Source: the human T2T-CHM13v2.0 reference genome, Homo sapiens. Taken from it: a stretch of DNA of 64,000 nt. A program made the position numbers and the translations under genes. Positions 49,480 to 62,473 of the stretch are shown here, piece after piece; position 1 is the stretch's first letter, and each line of letters begins with the position of its first letter. The DNA lies in the NCBI RefSeq assembly GCF_009914755.1, contig NC_060928.1; one strand, given 5' to 3'. The notes beneath the pieces are model-generated. The model did not search any database, was not told the DNA's origin, and was given only the letters and a program-made list of their open reading frames with translations.

Positions 49480-50970
49480 CTCATTCATTCACTCACTCAA
49501 CACTTATTTAATAAGTACCCATGCTAGACACTTGGTACACAAAAATAAACAAATGGACATTGATCTATTTTCAGGAAAAGTTTGCCAAATGCAAATTTTG
49601 AACTCATATTTGAATTTATAGATAAAGAAAAAATATCAGACTATAAGAGTTTCTCTCCCCAGATAAAGTATACTATATGATGATATACAATCAGGCAATG
49701 CAAACTAATGCAAAACACAGATATAATATAGATTATTGTCAATGAATTTCCTATAGAATGACATTTTTTAAAGTAGTTTAAACTGTAGTGTTATTATTTT
49801 TGTTAAAAAAAAATTGCAATCCTACTCACAGAGCTAAATGAAGAGGAGATTCAGACGAGTAAACTTCTAACAACAACAGGGTTCTAGGATAAAGGAAACA
49901 TAGCATGTTAGGGAAGCAACATGATATGACGATGGAGTGGAGATGGAGACTGTCTCCTGGAAAGCCTACCATGGAAGGTGATATCTACTATGGTCAGACC
50001 TGACGATCATGGTAGGAAATTTTATAAAGGGGAAATAAAGAGAGAATGGAAAGAGGAGACAATGCCAGGTCATGCATGGCCGTGTTGGCCATGTAAAAAG
50101 TTTCATTACTCTTTGTGTTTTTTTAATTGAGATAAACAGGGAGAAATTATATGTTTTAAATAAAAAATGAGAAAATAATGCTTTTCTGTATAAAGACTAC
50201 TCTGGCTGCACAGAAGAAAAGTAGACTGGAGGTACTGAGACTACTTAGGAAGCTGGTATAGAAATTCAGGGAGGAGATGATGGAGGCTGATCTACGGTAA
50301 TGTTAGTGGAAATGAAATGAAATGAAACGAAATGAATGTGGTGGCATTTGCTCTGACTGGGACCATGGAGTGGTAACGGGTTAGGGAGAAAAAAGTGATG
50401 AGTTCAGTGTAGAACATACTGACTGTCTAGTACCTGAGGATCATCCAGGTGACATGTAGAACATGCAGCTGGATAGGCCCACCTGAGGCCAGGAGACTGG
50501 AGATAAAGATGACTTTTCAGTCTGCTGATAGTGGTTGCTAGAATTGGAGTGGATGAGATTCCCCAGGTTGCATATTTAGAGTCAGAGAGGAAGGGCCTAA
50601 AATGGAATCCACTAGGTAGAGCATGAGAATTTTGCGAAACAACAACAAAAGTTTAAGAAGATGTGGCTTAAGTAGATTGGATACAGTGTGTTGAGTGTTT
50701 GATCATGAGAGAGCAAAGAGAAGGTTTCATAAACAAAAGAATGGTCAATTATATCGTACTAAGAAAAAATACATATAACCTAAAATGTGTTCCATAGATT
50801 TATTGTCATTGCCAATTGTGGTGATGGCAGCTGGGGTGGGGGCAGAAGCCATACTGCAGAAGGTTGAGAAATTAGTGAAGAAACAAAGTGAAGTAGCAGA
50901 TTTAGGCAATGCTTTTCATATGTTTAACTATGAAGGAGAAGAGAGAGAGCGGGTGGTAGCTGGAAGGAAA
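49480..50970 (-). mobile_element. L2 fragments
   Basis: TCATTCATTCACTCACTCAAC tail; GATGAGTTCAGT...CATCCAGGT; ACTCTGGCTGCA; probably discontinuous. Confidence 0.65.
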
Positions 50971-50989
50971 CACCAGCTAGGAAAACACA

Positions 50990-52945
50990 AGGCTAGGAAA
51001 ACACATAAACAGGGCTTCTAGAAAGCTACCAATGTTCTATTTTTTAACCTGGTATATAGCTACATGGTTGTTTGTATTTCAACTAATAAAATGAAGCTTT
51101 TCAAATAAAAAGCTAAACTTTATGTTTTGTGCACTTTTTGTTTGTTGGTTGGTGTATAGTATTTTCCAATTAAAAAATATGTACGAAGGTATCACTTTAA
51201 GGCCACAAAAGAAATGTAAAAGAATAAGTCTAACAAAAAATATGTGTGAAGAAAATTATAAATCTTCTTTGAAAGATATTTTTGAAAATCTTCTCTATTT
51301 GGAAAGGTATATGATGCTTTCATATAGGAACACCAAGAATCACTTAAATGCACATTCTGTTAAATCAACCTATACATTAAATGCGATTCCAGCAAAATCT
51401 GAATAGAGCTTTTCTATGAATATAAAAAGGTAATTCTAAAATCCACATGGCATTCCTAAGGCTTAAAAACAGCAGAAATATGCCTAAAATATAAAAAGGT
51501 CAGATGTCATGCCTTGTCAAATATTAAGACATTATATCATAAATAGAATAGATAAGAGGTGTAAGTATATAGAAATAATATGAGTGGATAGACATAGAAA
51601 TAATAGAGATAAAGCCAAGCATATATAAATGAGTCTTAACAAAGCTGACATTGCAGATTGGTAAGGAAAGGATTAACTATTCAATAAAAATGTTGGGAGA
51701 GTTATTATTCATATGAAAAAAGAAGATATGAACTTTACCTCACACTCTATAGTAATCTTAAATTCTAGATACATGAAGTACTTTCTTTTTATAAAGAAAA
51801 ATCTATAAACCTCTAATTTGTCAAATAGAATAGTATCTTAATGAACTTCAGGTAAGAAAAGATTTGTTAACAAGACACAAACGATATGAACATAAAGAAA
51901 AAGATTGATATATTTAGCTACATTAAAATTAAGAACTTCTGTTTCTTAAAATACACCATGAAGAGAATAAAAAGACAAGCTACCACCTGAATGAAAATAT
52001 TTGCTGTATCTATAAATAACAAGGATTAGCATTTAGGATACATAAAAGTTATTTTTAATCAGTAAGAAAAAGACACATAACCTCAAGTAAAAATTGCAAT
52101 AGACATAAACAAGCATTACACAAAAGAGGAAAGCCAAATGAACCATAAACTTGTTAAAACCTGCATCCTCATCAGTAATTAGGAAATACAATTTCAAACC
52201 TCAATGAGATACAATTTCATGCAAAATTTTAAAGTAAGTCAGTGTCAATTTTAGTAAAAATATGGGACAAGAAGAACTCTTAGTCACTGCCAGTGTACAT
52301 GTAAATTGGTGCAACCCCTTCAAAAACTATTTGTCACATAAAGTTGAACATGTGTGTATGCTGCAGCCTTGTAATTCTACTACTAAAATATTTTATATTT
52401 ATATATTAGAAGATTTATGTAAGAAAATGCATAGCAACATTGTTCCGAACAACAACAATCACAAATGTTTACCAAAACAAATGCTCAACAAAGTGTGTTG
52501 TACTATTGTTTTCATACAGTTATGTGTGATATGAGAAGTGAGAAAATAACTTACTGTATATTAATATACTGAAATCATCTAAAGTGATGAAAAGAAATGA
52601 CATAGTACTTTATAAATCAATAAAAATGAATCTCAATATTAAGCAACATATGCAAGGCATAGAATACATATATCATGTGTTATTATTTGATTTTCATAAA
52701 ATTCAATATCAATAAATTAATCCTACTCTTAGGTTATATACATGTGGTTGGACATAAAATATAGAAAGGGAAAGGAATGTGATCTCAGAGGGATACACTG
52801 CTATCACGATCATGTTTTATTTCTTAAGCTAGATAGTGGACACATGGATGTTAATTTTATTTGTTGTAATTTTACAGTACATGTATGCATTTCACGTACT
52901 CCTTTGTATGTATAGTGTATTTTCCAAATCTCTTTAAAGAAAATA
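50990..52945 (+). mobile_element. Old L1 (L1ME-type), ORF2 3' part and 3'UTR
   Basis: ACATTAAAATTAAGAACTTCTG, AAAAGACAAGCTAC, AAACCTCAATGAGATAC and TGTTTTATTTCTTAAGCT. Confidence 0.8.
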
Positions 52946-54440
52946 TCATATGCCTTAAAAATAGGAAATCGTTGATGAAAAAAATTAACCAATGAATTTT
53001 ATCTGATCATTTGAACATTATGATTTCAATACCTCAACATAAGGTAGGGAAGTGGTAAATAATCACTGAGCCAGGAAGAAAAGAAAAAAAATCTAACAAA
53101 ACTATTATGAGGGCGAAAATTACCAAAAAAAAGGGCTCTAAATAGGCAAAAAGCAGAGGAGTAGGTGGAAAGGATTAAGAAATTATTCAACGAAGTGTTA
53201 AAAAAATTGGCACACTGCTTTCTACATGCCAGTTTATGTTGCCTCCAAAAATATAATACATTAAAGATTCCAAAAAACACAGATAGAGGGAAAAATAGGT
53301 ATTTTTCTTAAAAAAGCAAATAAAAATAACTAACTTCAGTTTGCAAGTACTCATGAGGGAAAAAGTTTACCCTGTGTTTTCATAAATGATGTTTCATTTG
53401 TGTGAAAAATAGAGAAGAAAATAATATTCTAACATAAATGCACTTAAAAATGTACTAATCTTTTACTGCTGTCATGTAATAAACACATACATAGAGATGT
53501 GTTATAATAAAAGAACAATTCTTTATGTAAGTGTGTACAATAATAAAAAAAAATCATCCAAAAGACCCAAATTCCAGAGGGTTAAAGAGTTACTTTTTTT
53601 GGTGGTAGTATGGATTTTATTCAGAGAAGGCAGCTGGACATTTGATGAAACTAGAAATGGATATAAGGTCTCTTACATTTGAGTTTTCCTCACTTTGAAC
53701 CTTGTCCAAGTGGTGAATGAGTCATGACCAAATATTTTCACAACTTACTACACATTTGGTGATCATTGAGCCATGAGCTGATGGCCTTCCATCATTCCTT
53801 GGTGGGCAGGTGTCACCACTACTAATTAGGCTTTTGCTTAAAATCTGCTAGGGAGCCAGAAAGCAAGAGGGTCTGGAGACTGAACAGCCCATTCATGGCC
53901 TGCAGTGGCCCTATCCAGGTAGGAACAGAAGGCTCCAGGCCAAGGCCAGCTGGTAAATATCATTACATCCAGTATAACAGAGTGGTTTTACCTTGGATTG
54001 CTGTCAGTCTGGCTCCTCTACCAGCATTTAGTTGAGAGGACGAAATTTCACAAATGTAGGTGCTTTGAGGAACAAAACTTTGTCTGAATCAGTCCCATAA
54101 ATTTTACAGCTGACATTTCACATGATATGTCGTGGTATATTCTGGTCAAAAGTCTATCAGCCACAGATCAGCAGAATCTTAGAATAGGTAGACGAGTAGG
54201 ATGTGCTCCATAGGCAACTGGTTTACACTACAGATGTAGTTCTAGAAATGAGGCGGAAAATAACGTTCTCAAAATAATAATATTCTTCATTTATACAAAA
54301 TATTACAATTTTCAAATGATTTCACATACCCTTAGAGGTAGAAAATTTTAATTTCAGAAATAAAAAAAAAATTGAGCTCACAAAGATAGTACAGGACTGA
54401 GCCAGGACATATTCTGAGCATAAGTTAAAGTCTAATGTTG

Positions 54441-54868
54441 CAACACCAAAGACATGGAATCAACCCACGGTGCCCATCTATAGTGGATTGGATAAAGAAA
54501 ATGTGGTACATATACACCATGGAATACTGCACAGCCATAAAGAGAATGAGATCATGTCCTTTGCAGAAGCAATGACTGCAGCTGGAGCCCATTATCCTAA
54601 GCAAATTGATGCAGGAACAGAAAACCAAGCACCGCATGTTCTCACTTATAAATGGGAGCTAAACACTGGGTACTCATGGACATAGAAATGGCAACAACAG
54701 ACACTGGGGACTACTAGAGAGGAAAGGGAAGGAGTGGTTGAAAACCTATTGTGTACTATACTATCTGAGTGACAGGATCAATCATACCCCAAACCACAGC
54801 ATCATGCAATATACCCATTTAACAAACTTGCACATGTACCCCATGAATCTAAAATAAAAGTGGAATTT
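54441..54868 (+). mobile_element. 5'-truncated L1PA16/L1PB-age 3' end
   Basis: GGATAAAGAAAATGTGGTACATATACACCATGGAATACT...CACATGTACCCCATGAATCTAAAATAAAAG. Confidence 0.9.
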
Positions 54869-54936
54869 TTTTTAATAATCTATTGTAGGATCTTCTCCAT
54901 GACAGATGCTTAAACATAGTAACAAGGATACTGATT

Positions 54937-55081
54937 GGCCAGGGACCTTGACTCATACCTGTAGTCCTGGCTACTTGGAAGGCTGGGGCAGGTAGATCGC
55001 TTGAGCTCAGGAGTTCAAGGTTACAGTGAGTTGCACTCCAGACTAGGCAACAGAGCGAGAGCAGACTCAACTTAAAGAAAA
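54937..55081 (+). mobile_element. Alu monomer (FRAM/FAM-like)
   Basis: Single monomer GGCC...CCTGTAGTCC...GATCGCTTGAG...CAGTGAG...GCACTCCAG. Confidence 0.8.
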
Positions 55082-55299
55082 TAGTGGTAGTAGCTGTCAT
55101 TTTTATTAAGCAGTTAGTATGTATGAAGCATTGTATTATACATTTGGTACTTCTGTGTCTGAATTGAAAATATTAAATTATATTAAAACACATAGCAAGA
55201 ACTTTCTCTATTTAATCCATTGATTACAATAAAGATTTCTTATCAGTTTCTAAACTTAAATGTCCTTGTTTTGCTCTCTAACTGGAGCATAACTGTATT

Positions 55300-55640
55300 G
55301 ATTTTATATACATATATAAATTAAATATTAAATATATGTGCTTATATATTTTTACATTATACTAATTTCATCATATTTTGCAACTCATTTTTAATAATTT
55401 TATATATTTATATATTTAAAATATGTTATAACTGTATTATAATTAATCATAATGTATAATTATATATTCCATATATAAAAGATAGTTTACATGTGTATAT
55501 ATTTTATATAGTGAACATATATTTTATAATTTTGTTATAATCAATTAAATTATTATATAATTACACATAATCATGTAATAATTATTTCTGTTATTTCACA
55601 CATGAATGAAATTAGCTACAAAAACAGTATTATATATTAA
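55300..55640. repeat. AT-rich low-complexity region
   Basis: Very A/T-rich, with TATA-type degenerate repeats. Confidence 0.75.
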
Positions 55641-56639
55641 GAGATGATAATTTTACTAAACCTTAAAAAAATTGCATGGTCAATATTTAAAACAAAAATT
55701 TTTCTTAGCCATTATTTACATTTTATTTTTTACCCTTAGTCTCACAAAAACAATTTACTTTGGAGGGTTCTATTTAACAGATATTTATTGAAAGTTGGCT
55801 GTGCTAAGAAAGCAGGAGCTATACAGAAGTGAGATCAGACAGTACCCTTAAGGACTTTATTATCTACTAAGAAGAATAAAAACACACAAATAGAAGATAC
55901 TGAGAATTGACCAGAATTTTTTTCTTTAAGTTCTAAATAGAAAAGGTAGTGTATTTAAAATTAATCTAAAATATATTTAAATTGATATTTCAGCAATGGT
56001 AAACTAATATTTCTAAGTTCTCAAAAGTCAACTCAAATTCAGAGTGGTTTCAAATATTGAGTCACTAAACTGACCCCTAAGAATAAAGCGAGGACACAAA
56101 CGGTGTCTCTTTATTTTCATTGATTTATTTCAGCACAATTCATCAAATTGGGTTTTTTCATTGGCAGAAAACTTTTTATTCTTGTATTTTTCATTTAATA
56201 CAAGAGCCAGCAAAAATGCATTGAAAGGCAAAGTTAATAAACTAAAATCTCTAGCTCCAAATGCAATACCTAAAAAGGAAAATCTCAAATCGTTAGCCCA
56301 CATAAATATTCCCCTTCCTCATTCCTCATCCCAATCTCCCTGTGTCCTCCTGAGAAAACACACACACACCCTTCACCACACACCTGAATCAGTTATTCTA
56401 ACATACAGCAACCTGATTCTATATCCAGTCCTTTTATGTCTACTTTCAGTTTAACCTAAGCCAGAACACTATCACTGAATAATATAATACAATGCATGAC
56501 AAGTATGAATCTTTTTAATATGGCCCCATATGCTAGAGAAGTAAAGAAAATAATATGATGCAGATTTCTGAATCTCCTTTTAACTCAGAAATCATATGCA
56601 ATAATTAGAGACATACTAAAAATCCAAACAAAGAGACCA

Positions 56640-57450
56640 CTCGCTGTATAGATCTATAAACTGGATATTGGCGTTACAGATGCCAAAACACAGTCAGAAA
56701 GATTAGCTTTCAGCTCCAGCCCTGCTGAGGAAGTTCCCTGAAGGATGAAAGAGGCCTCGAACAAAGTGAGATGCTTTAGCTGATCAAGCCCTATTTGGTC
56801 ACTTTCATCTTTGCGATGCATGGAAAAGGAGCTGCTTTCCTGCCAGCTCTTGGCACTGTGACCAGGCAGAGACATAAAGGGAGGCAAGGCAAGGCCAGCA
56901 CAAAAGGGGAAGTGGTTAAAGGCAGCAGCCCATTCCAAAGAAACAAAGGTGCTGGCAGGAGACGTTAACAAGGAAGACGCTTGAGCCTCCATGGTAAATA
57001 GAATGGCAATGGCCTAATAATAAACCTGAAAGACACAAGTGAGGATGGTTGCATGCAAAGTGGAGGGAAACCTTCCAATTACTGCTGTAGACAGCCCTAT
57101 TAATCCTTAGGAGCACTCCCGACAAAAAGTCTATTCAATTTTCCCTCGATGTGTTCCATCTAATGGGAGCAGTATTATGTCTGACACTGAGGGTAATTAC
57201 CTCATGAGAATTTCACATACAGAGAAGTAAAGTCTTTAATTTTCTGCAGGTGTCTTGAGCACATTCTGCATAATTCTTTGCCCCAAAATGAGGTGCGCAT
57301 TCCTCTTCTGCAGAGCTGCTTTCGGATTGGGATGGCTTGCATTTGAGGACTATAAGTAATAGTCATTTATCTTAGCCATTATGGAAAGCAGCGCATAGTA
57401 TATTCTCCCTTCATCACATTACAAATGTCATTAGTAACTTCAGCAAAGCT
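56640..57450. promoter_or_regulatory. Candidate conserved non-coding element / enhancer
   Basis: No recognisable repeat, higher GC than flanks, several retained CpGs, TAAT cores and palindromic GAGGGTAATTACCTC; composition only. Confidence 0.25.
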
Positions 57451-60042
57451 GAAAAAATAAATATAATATATATCATATATGTACCGTATATATATATACA
57501 CACACGTACTCATATATGTACAAATCTTGTTATAACACTCCTCTAGCTCACAACCATTAGCAGTATATAAGTACTTAGGAGCCCTTCTATATACATTAGT
57601 TATGAGAGTTCCAATAAGACTATAACCCTGTAGGCAGACACTTAACTGTTTATGCCTCCCAGTTTATGAAACTTAGAAACAGTTGAAATTGTACAGGAAA
57701 GAGAATAGAGAGAACAATATTAAGGCTGTTTTATTTTCTGAAATAATTACACATGTAGCATGTCTTGTTGATTTATTCTAAAGACACCTAAGCCAAACAC
57801 AAATAGATAAATTTTTTGCTGAATTACATAAAGCAGTTTTATCATTTTAGCATTCAATCCCTTTTGCATAACAAAGAAAGCATCCTGTAACAGCAGAGGT
57901 GTGACAAAATGTATGTTTAATATGCTAAGCAAATTATGCACAGGGAGGAAAAACTCATTTTTTTAAAAAAAGTGTTTTTCAATGATGGAGCAGTCAAGAG
58001 TATAGAAATAGGTTATAATGTGGCACATTTCATTAAAATTAATGCAGAAATAATTAAACATTTCTTAGAGTTGATGGCTTTACTACTGAGAAATTCTTAC
58101 ATTATACAAGAACAAAGATAATCTTATTTTTTCTACTAGGAAATAGGTTTCATGAACAAGACCACACTGCTTGGTGTCATATATGCTCTTAATGAATGTG
58201 TTTTCTTAAAAATCCACATTGTTAACTAGAAAACAATGACACTTCAGATATCACAATATAGTTAATTGAAACAGAGGTGGCTGAATCCCTTTGTTTCTAA
58301 ATTGGTTCTACTTCCAAAATGGCCATGATTTTAGGTTACAGAAGCTATGCCTGCATGGGACAATCAGATTGTTGCCCTGGGTTCACCAGCACTCTCTGCT
58401 GTTCAGGGGCTCATAAACAGTCCAAACTGACTGTTCAGGTTTCCTTCTTATCCAGGTGTCTTAAACATTGTAGAACATTTTGAATGTGTTCAGAAAATTC
58501 CCAAAAAACCTGACTATAGCTAATAAAAATTTTTTATTACAGTTCAACTTTAGCAAAAAATTAACATGTCCTTGAGTGTAAGTTATCTTTAATTTTCTTT
58601 TTGAAATTAGGATGTAAAACTTAAATTAATTACTCTGAGGAAGTGTCGTCTTCTACTCAAAAGTCTGAGGCATCCTTTCAGAGAGAGAAGACTAAGCATG
58701 TGCTCGCATCCTTCTCACTCCTCTCTCCTCCTGAAAATCCCAGTATATCCAGCAATCAGTGCTTCTGGTAATTGCAAAGGACATGCTGTCCTTGGCTTTC
58801 ATTATTTCCCAATTTACTCAGGCAGACAAAGACATCCATCGAGTCTTCAAGCCATAAACTTACTGGCATCCTGTAAAACTTCCCCAAAAGTCTCCTGAAG
58901 CTGAACAGACTGCAAAAAACTGACCTGGAAACTTCTATAACTAGTGTGCTAACCTATAACTCAGTAAGAAGTATAGACTTGCTAATGCCCAGTTACCCTT
59001 CATGCTCATGGCTAATCACTAAGGTTGGTCTCATTTCTTGATAAAAATGCCACAGGCAAAGGTGAAGAAACTACCAGTCATCTATTACTCCTCTCTGCTT
59101 ATAAGCAGATACCACAATATGTTGTGTTTTTCTCTTAGAGGGAGGGTGAAGAAAACCTTGGTTATCAGCTTTTTTTTCCCATTAATAGATATAAAATGGT
59201 TCTTTATGAAACATCTGAGTATAAGTTCCAAATTTCCCTCTGTGAACTCACCATGGCTATGAAATATTGCAATCATGTAATTCTCCTGTATATTCTTAAA
59301 CAGACATTGACTTTCAAATTAGGTCAATGTTAGTAAACACTGTCTAAAACCAAGTGAACATAAATCTGAAAGATAATTCAGCATAAAATAGTCAATGTAG
59401 AATAATTTTAACTAATAGTCACAGTGCTCACTATTTTCTTTTCTTTTCTCTCTTTTTTTTTTTAACATAAGAAGTTTTTCAAATACCCAACCCCCTGGCA
59501 ATTCAGAACAGATTCAGGAAAGGACATTACTTCTTACTCAAGAATTAGTTCCAAACTAATACAGATGATGGAACAAGAAAGCATACATGGGAAATAAAAT
59601 CTGAAACAGATGGCAGGAAGTCCTATACGAAGAATTATACATGCATAGTTGATCTGGCCAAAGAAAATTATTCCGGCATAAACACTGGGTCCATTCAAGA
59701 GATGGTCAAGAAGAAGGATGAAGTGAAATTGTCAGACCAATAAGTGGTCATCATGGGGCAAAATATACTTTTTAAATGTACTATTGGTGATGTAATTCAC
59801 ATTAGGGTATTCTGGCCTTATAGGTCCTTAGTAAGAAATGAAAACAGAACATAGCATTATTCACCCTCATTTGCATGCAGTAATTTCTGCAAAAATGTAC
59901 AGAAACAAAAATGCATTCTAAATACATGAGGATTCTGATATGAAAGGATGAACGAAGGTTCATAAATACAGTGTGTGTTGAGTATAAAGAGAGAAATATA
60001 TTAACACCTAGATTATGTTTCTATCTCCAAACAGATTTATTT

Positions 60043-60329
60043 ACTATTTTTATTTTCTGAGACAGGGTCTCACTCTGTCACCCAAGCTGTAGTGCAGTGG
60101 CACAATCATAGCTCACTGCAGCCTTGACCTCCTGGGCTCAAGCAATCCTCTTGCCTCAGCCTCCCAAGCAGTTAGGACTACAGCTGCACACCACCACACC
60201 TGGCTAATTGTTTCCTCAATTTTTTATAGAGCTGGGGTCTCACTATGTTGCCCAGGCTGGCCTCAAGTAGTCCTTCCATCTTAGCCTCCCAAAGTCTTGA
60301 GATTAACATGTATGACACCACACCCAGCC
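60043..60329 (-). mobile_element. AluJ
   Basis: Reverse Alu with CATAGCTCACTGCAGCCTTGACCTCCTGGGCTCAAGC; imperfect TSD AACAGATTTATT / AACAAATTTATT. Confidence 0.93.
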
Positions 60330-60736
60330 TGAACAAATTTATTTTTAATGTCTCTGAGTTCCAATGCATTTTGAGAATTGTACTCAATCTCCTTTATTTT
60401 TATTTCAGTCTTCCTTATAGCAGCTGTGCATATTTAGCATTTCATAAACAATTAAAACAACATGGATTAGGATTCCAAAATGGAATTATAAAATTTTAAC
60501 AGTTTAAAAAATCAGATTTAAAGGCTTATGAAGAAAGATTTATGCAATACAATTTGATACTTCCATTTCTAGTTCTAGACAATGTAGCACAAATATGACT
60601 TTCACAGAGTATGTCAGGACTGTCAGCTTTAGCTAAACATTTTTAAAATATTCAGACTAAATTAAAATAACCTGTTTCCAGCCTTTGAATTTTTTTATTT
60701 TGTGTTAAAAGCTGTACAAAGATGTAAGGAGAACCA

Positions 60737-60957
60737 TTATTTTACTGAACATTTAGTATGTGCTAGCCAATATTCTATTGTCTTCACACATGGTGATCCA
60801 TTTAATATTCAAGATCCTCTAGTATTACTTACCGTACTTATCCTTGCTTTGTAGATGAGAAGGTTAAGTAAACTTATGATGCTCAATACTGTCAAGTAGC
60901 ATAGCTAGAATCCAAACCTAGCTCCCAAATTCACTCACTTAACTGTTTGCTACAGTA
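60737..60957 (-). mobile_element. MIR fragment
   Basis: TTTACTGAACATTTAGTATGTGC...GTAGATGAGAAGGTTAAGTAA. Confidence 0.7.
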
Positions 60958-61161
60958 TTGTTTTTATATCTTATACATCCATAAATATTTATTTACCTCT
61001 TACTCTCCATTATCTAAAAACAAAATCTTTTTTTACAAAATTTCTCTCACTAAACCTGAATTAACTATAGTCCAATACTCATAAAACTATTCTTTTTAAA
61101 TTTATACATACAATTGAATAAATGAATGTGTGTGTTCTTTACCCCTCTAGCTGAAATGAAT

Positions 61162-61571
61162 AAATGCAAATCAAAACCACAATGAGATACCATCTCACCC
61201 CAGTTAGAATGGCAATCATTAAAAAGTCAGGAAACAACAGGTGCTGGAGAGGATGTGGAGAAATAGGAACACTTTAACACTGTTGGTGGGACTGTAAACT
61301 AGTTCAACCATTGTGGAAGTCAGTGTGGCGATTCCTCAGGGATTTAGAACTAGAAATACCATTTGACCCAGCCATCCCATTACTAGGTATATACCCAAAG
61401 GACTATAAATCATGCTGCTATAAAGACACATGCAGACGTATGTTTATTGTGGCACTATTCACAATAGCAAAGACTTGGAACCAACCCAAATGTCCAACAA
61501 TGATAGACTGGATTAAGAAAATGTGGCACATATACACCACGGAATACTATGCAGCCATAAAAAATGAGTTC
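61162..61571 (+). mobile_element. 5'-truncated young L1PA (PA2-4 type), ORF2 C-terminal fragment
   Basis: Translates to WKSVWRFLRDLELEIPFDPAIPLLGIYPKDYKSCCYKDTC...EYYAAIKN, the L1 ORF2 C-terminus; interrupted at AAAAAATGAGTTC. Confidence 0.95.
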
Positions 61572-62473
61572 GGGGAGGAGACAAGATGGCCGAATAGGAA
61601 CAGCTCCGGTCTACAGCTCCCAGCGTGAGCGACGCAGAAGACGGGTGATTTCTGCATTTCCATCTGAGGTACCGGGTTCATCTCACTAGGGAGTGCCAGA
61701 CAGTGGGTGCAGGCCAGTGTGTGCGCGCACCGTGCGCAAGCCGAAGCAGGGCGAGGCATTGCCTCACCTGGGAAGCGCAAGGGGTCAGGGAGTCCCCTTT
61801 CCGAGTCAAAGAAAGGGGTGATGGACTCACCTGGAAAATCGGGTCACTCCCACCCGAATATTGCGCTTTTCAGACCGGCTTAAAAAACGGTGCACCACGA
61901 GACTATATCCCACACCTGGCTCAGAGGGTCCTACGCCCACGGAATCTCGCTGATTGCTAGCACAGCAGTCTGAGATCAAACTGCAAGGCGGCAGCGAGGC
62001 TGGGGGACGGGCGCCCGCCATTGCCCAGGCCTGCTTAGGTAAACAAAGCAGCCAGGAAGCTCGAACTGGGTGGAGCCCACCACAGCTCAAGGAGGCCTGC
62101 CTGTCTCTGTAGGCTCCACCTCTGGGGGCAGGGCACACACAAACAAAAAGACAGCAGTAACCTCTGCAGACTTAAATGTCCCTGTCTGACAGCTTTGAAG
62201 AGAGCAGTGGTTCTCCCAGCACGCAGCTGGAGATCTGAGAACCGGCAGACTGCCTCAAGTGGGTCCCTGACCCCTGACCCCCGAGCAGCCTTACTGGGAG
62301 GCACCCCCCAGCAGGGGCACACTGACACCTCACACGGCACGGCATTCCAACAGACCTGCAGCTGAGGGTCCTGTCTGTTAGAAGGAAAACTAACAACCAG
62401 AAAGGACATCCACACCAAAAACCCATCTGTACATCACCATCATCAAAGACCAAAAGTAGATAAAACCACAAAG
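61572..62473 (+). promoter_or_regulatory. L1 5'UTR internal sense promoter and antisense promoter (ASP)
   Basis: YY1 motif CAAGATGGC retained at the 5' end; CpG-dense; short (~900-nt) UTR type of the youngest L1PA lineages. Confidence 0.85.
61827..62021 (-). CDS. L1 ORF0, truncated to 64 aa
   Basis: MAGARPPASLPPCSLISDCCASNQRDSVGVGPSEPGVGYSLVVHRFLSRSEKRNIRVGVTRFSR*; recalled ORF0 is 71 aa; donors at +106 and +191. Confidence 0.7.
   Translation of the reverse strand: MAGARPPASLPPCSLISDCCASNQRDSVGVGPSEPGVGYSLVVHRFLSRSEKRNIRVGVTRFSR

Noticed and set aside
59549-59743. ~64-codon open plus frame (TDDGTRKHTWEIKSETDGRKSYTKNYTC...)
   Set aside because: No recognisable homology, no early ATG and no convincing acceptor/donor pair in phase.
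61311-61628. 105-aa ORF fusing the L1 ORF2 C-terminus to L1 5'UTR
   Set aside because: By-product of the nested insertion; TTG start and no promoter evidence.
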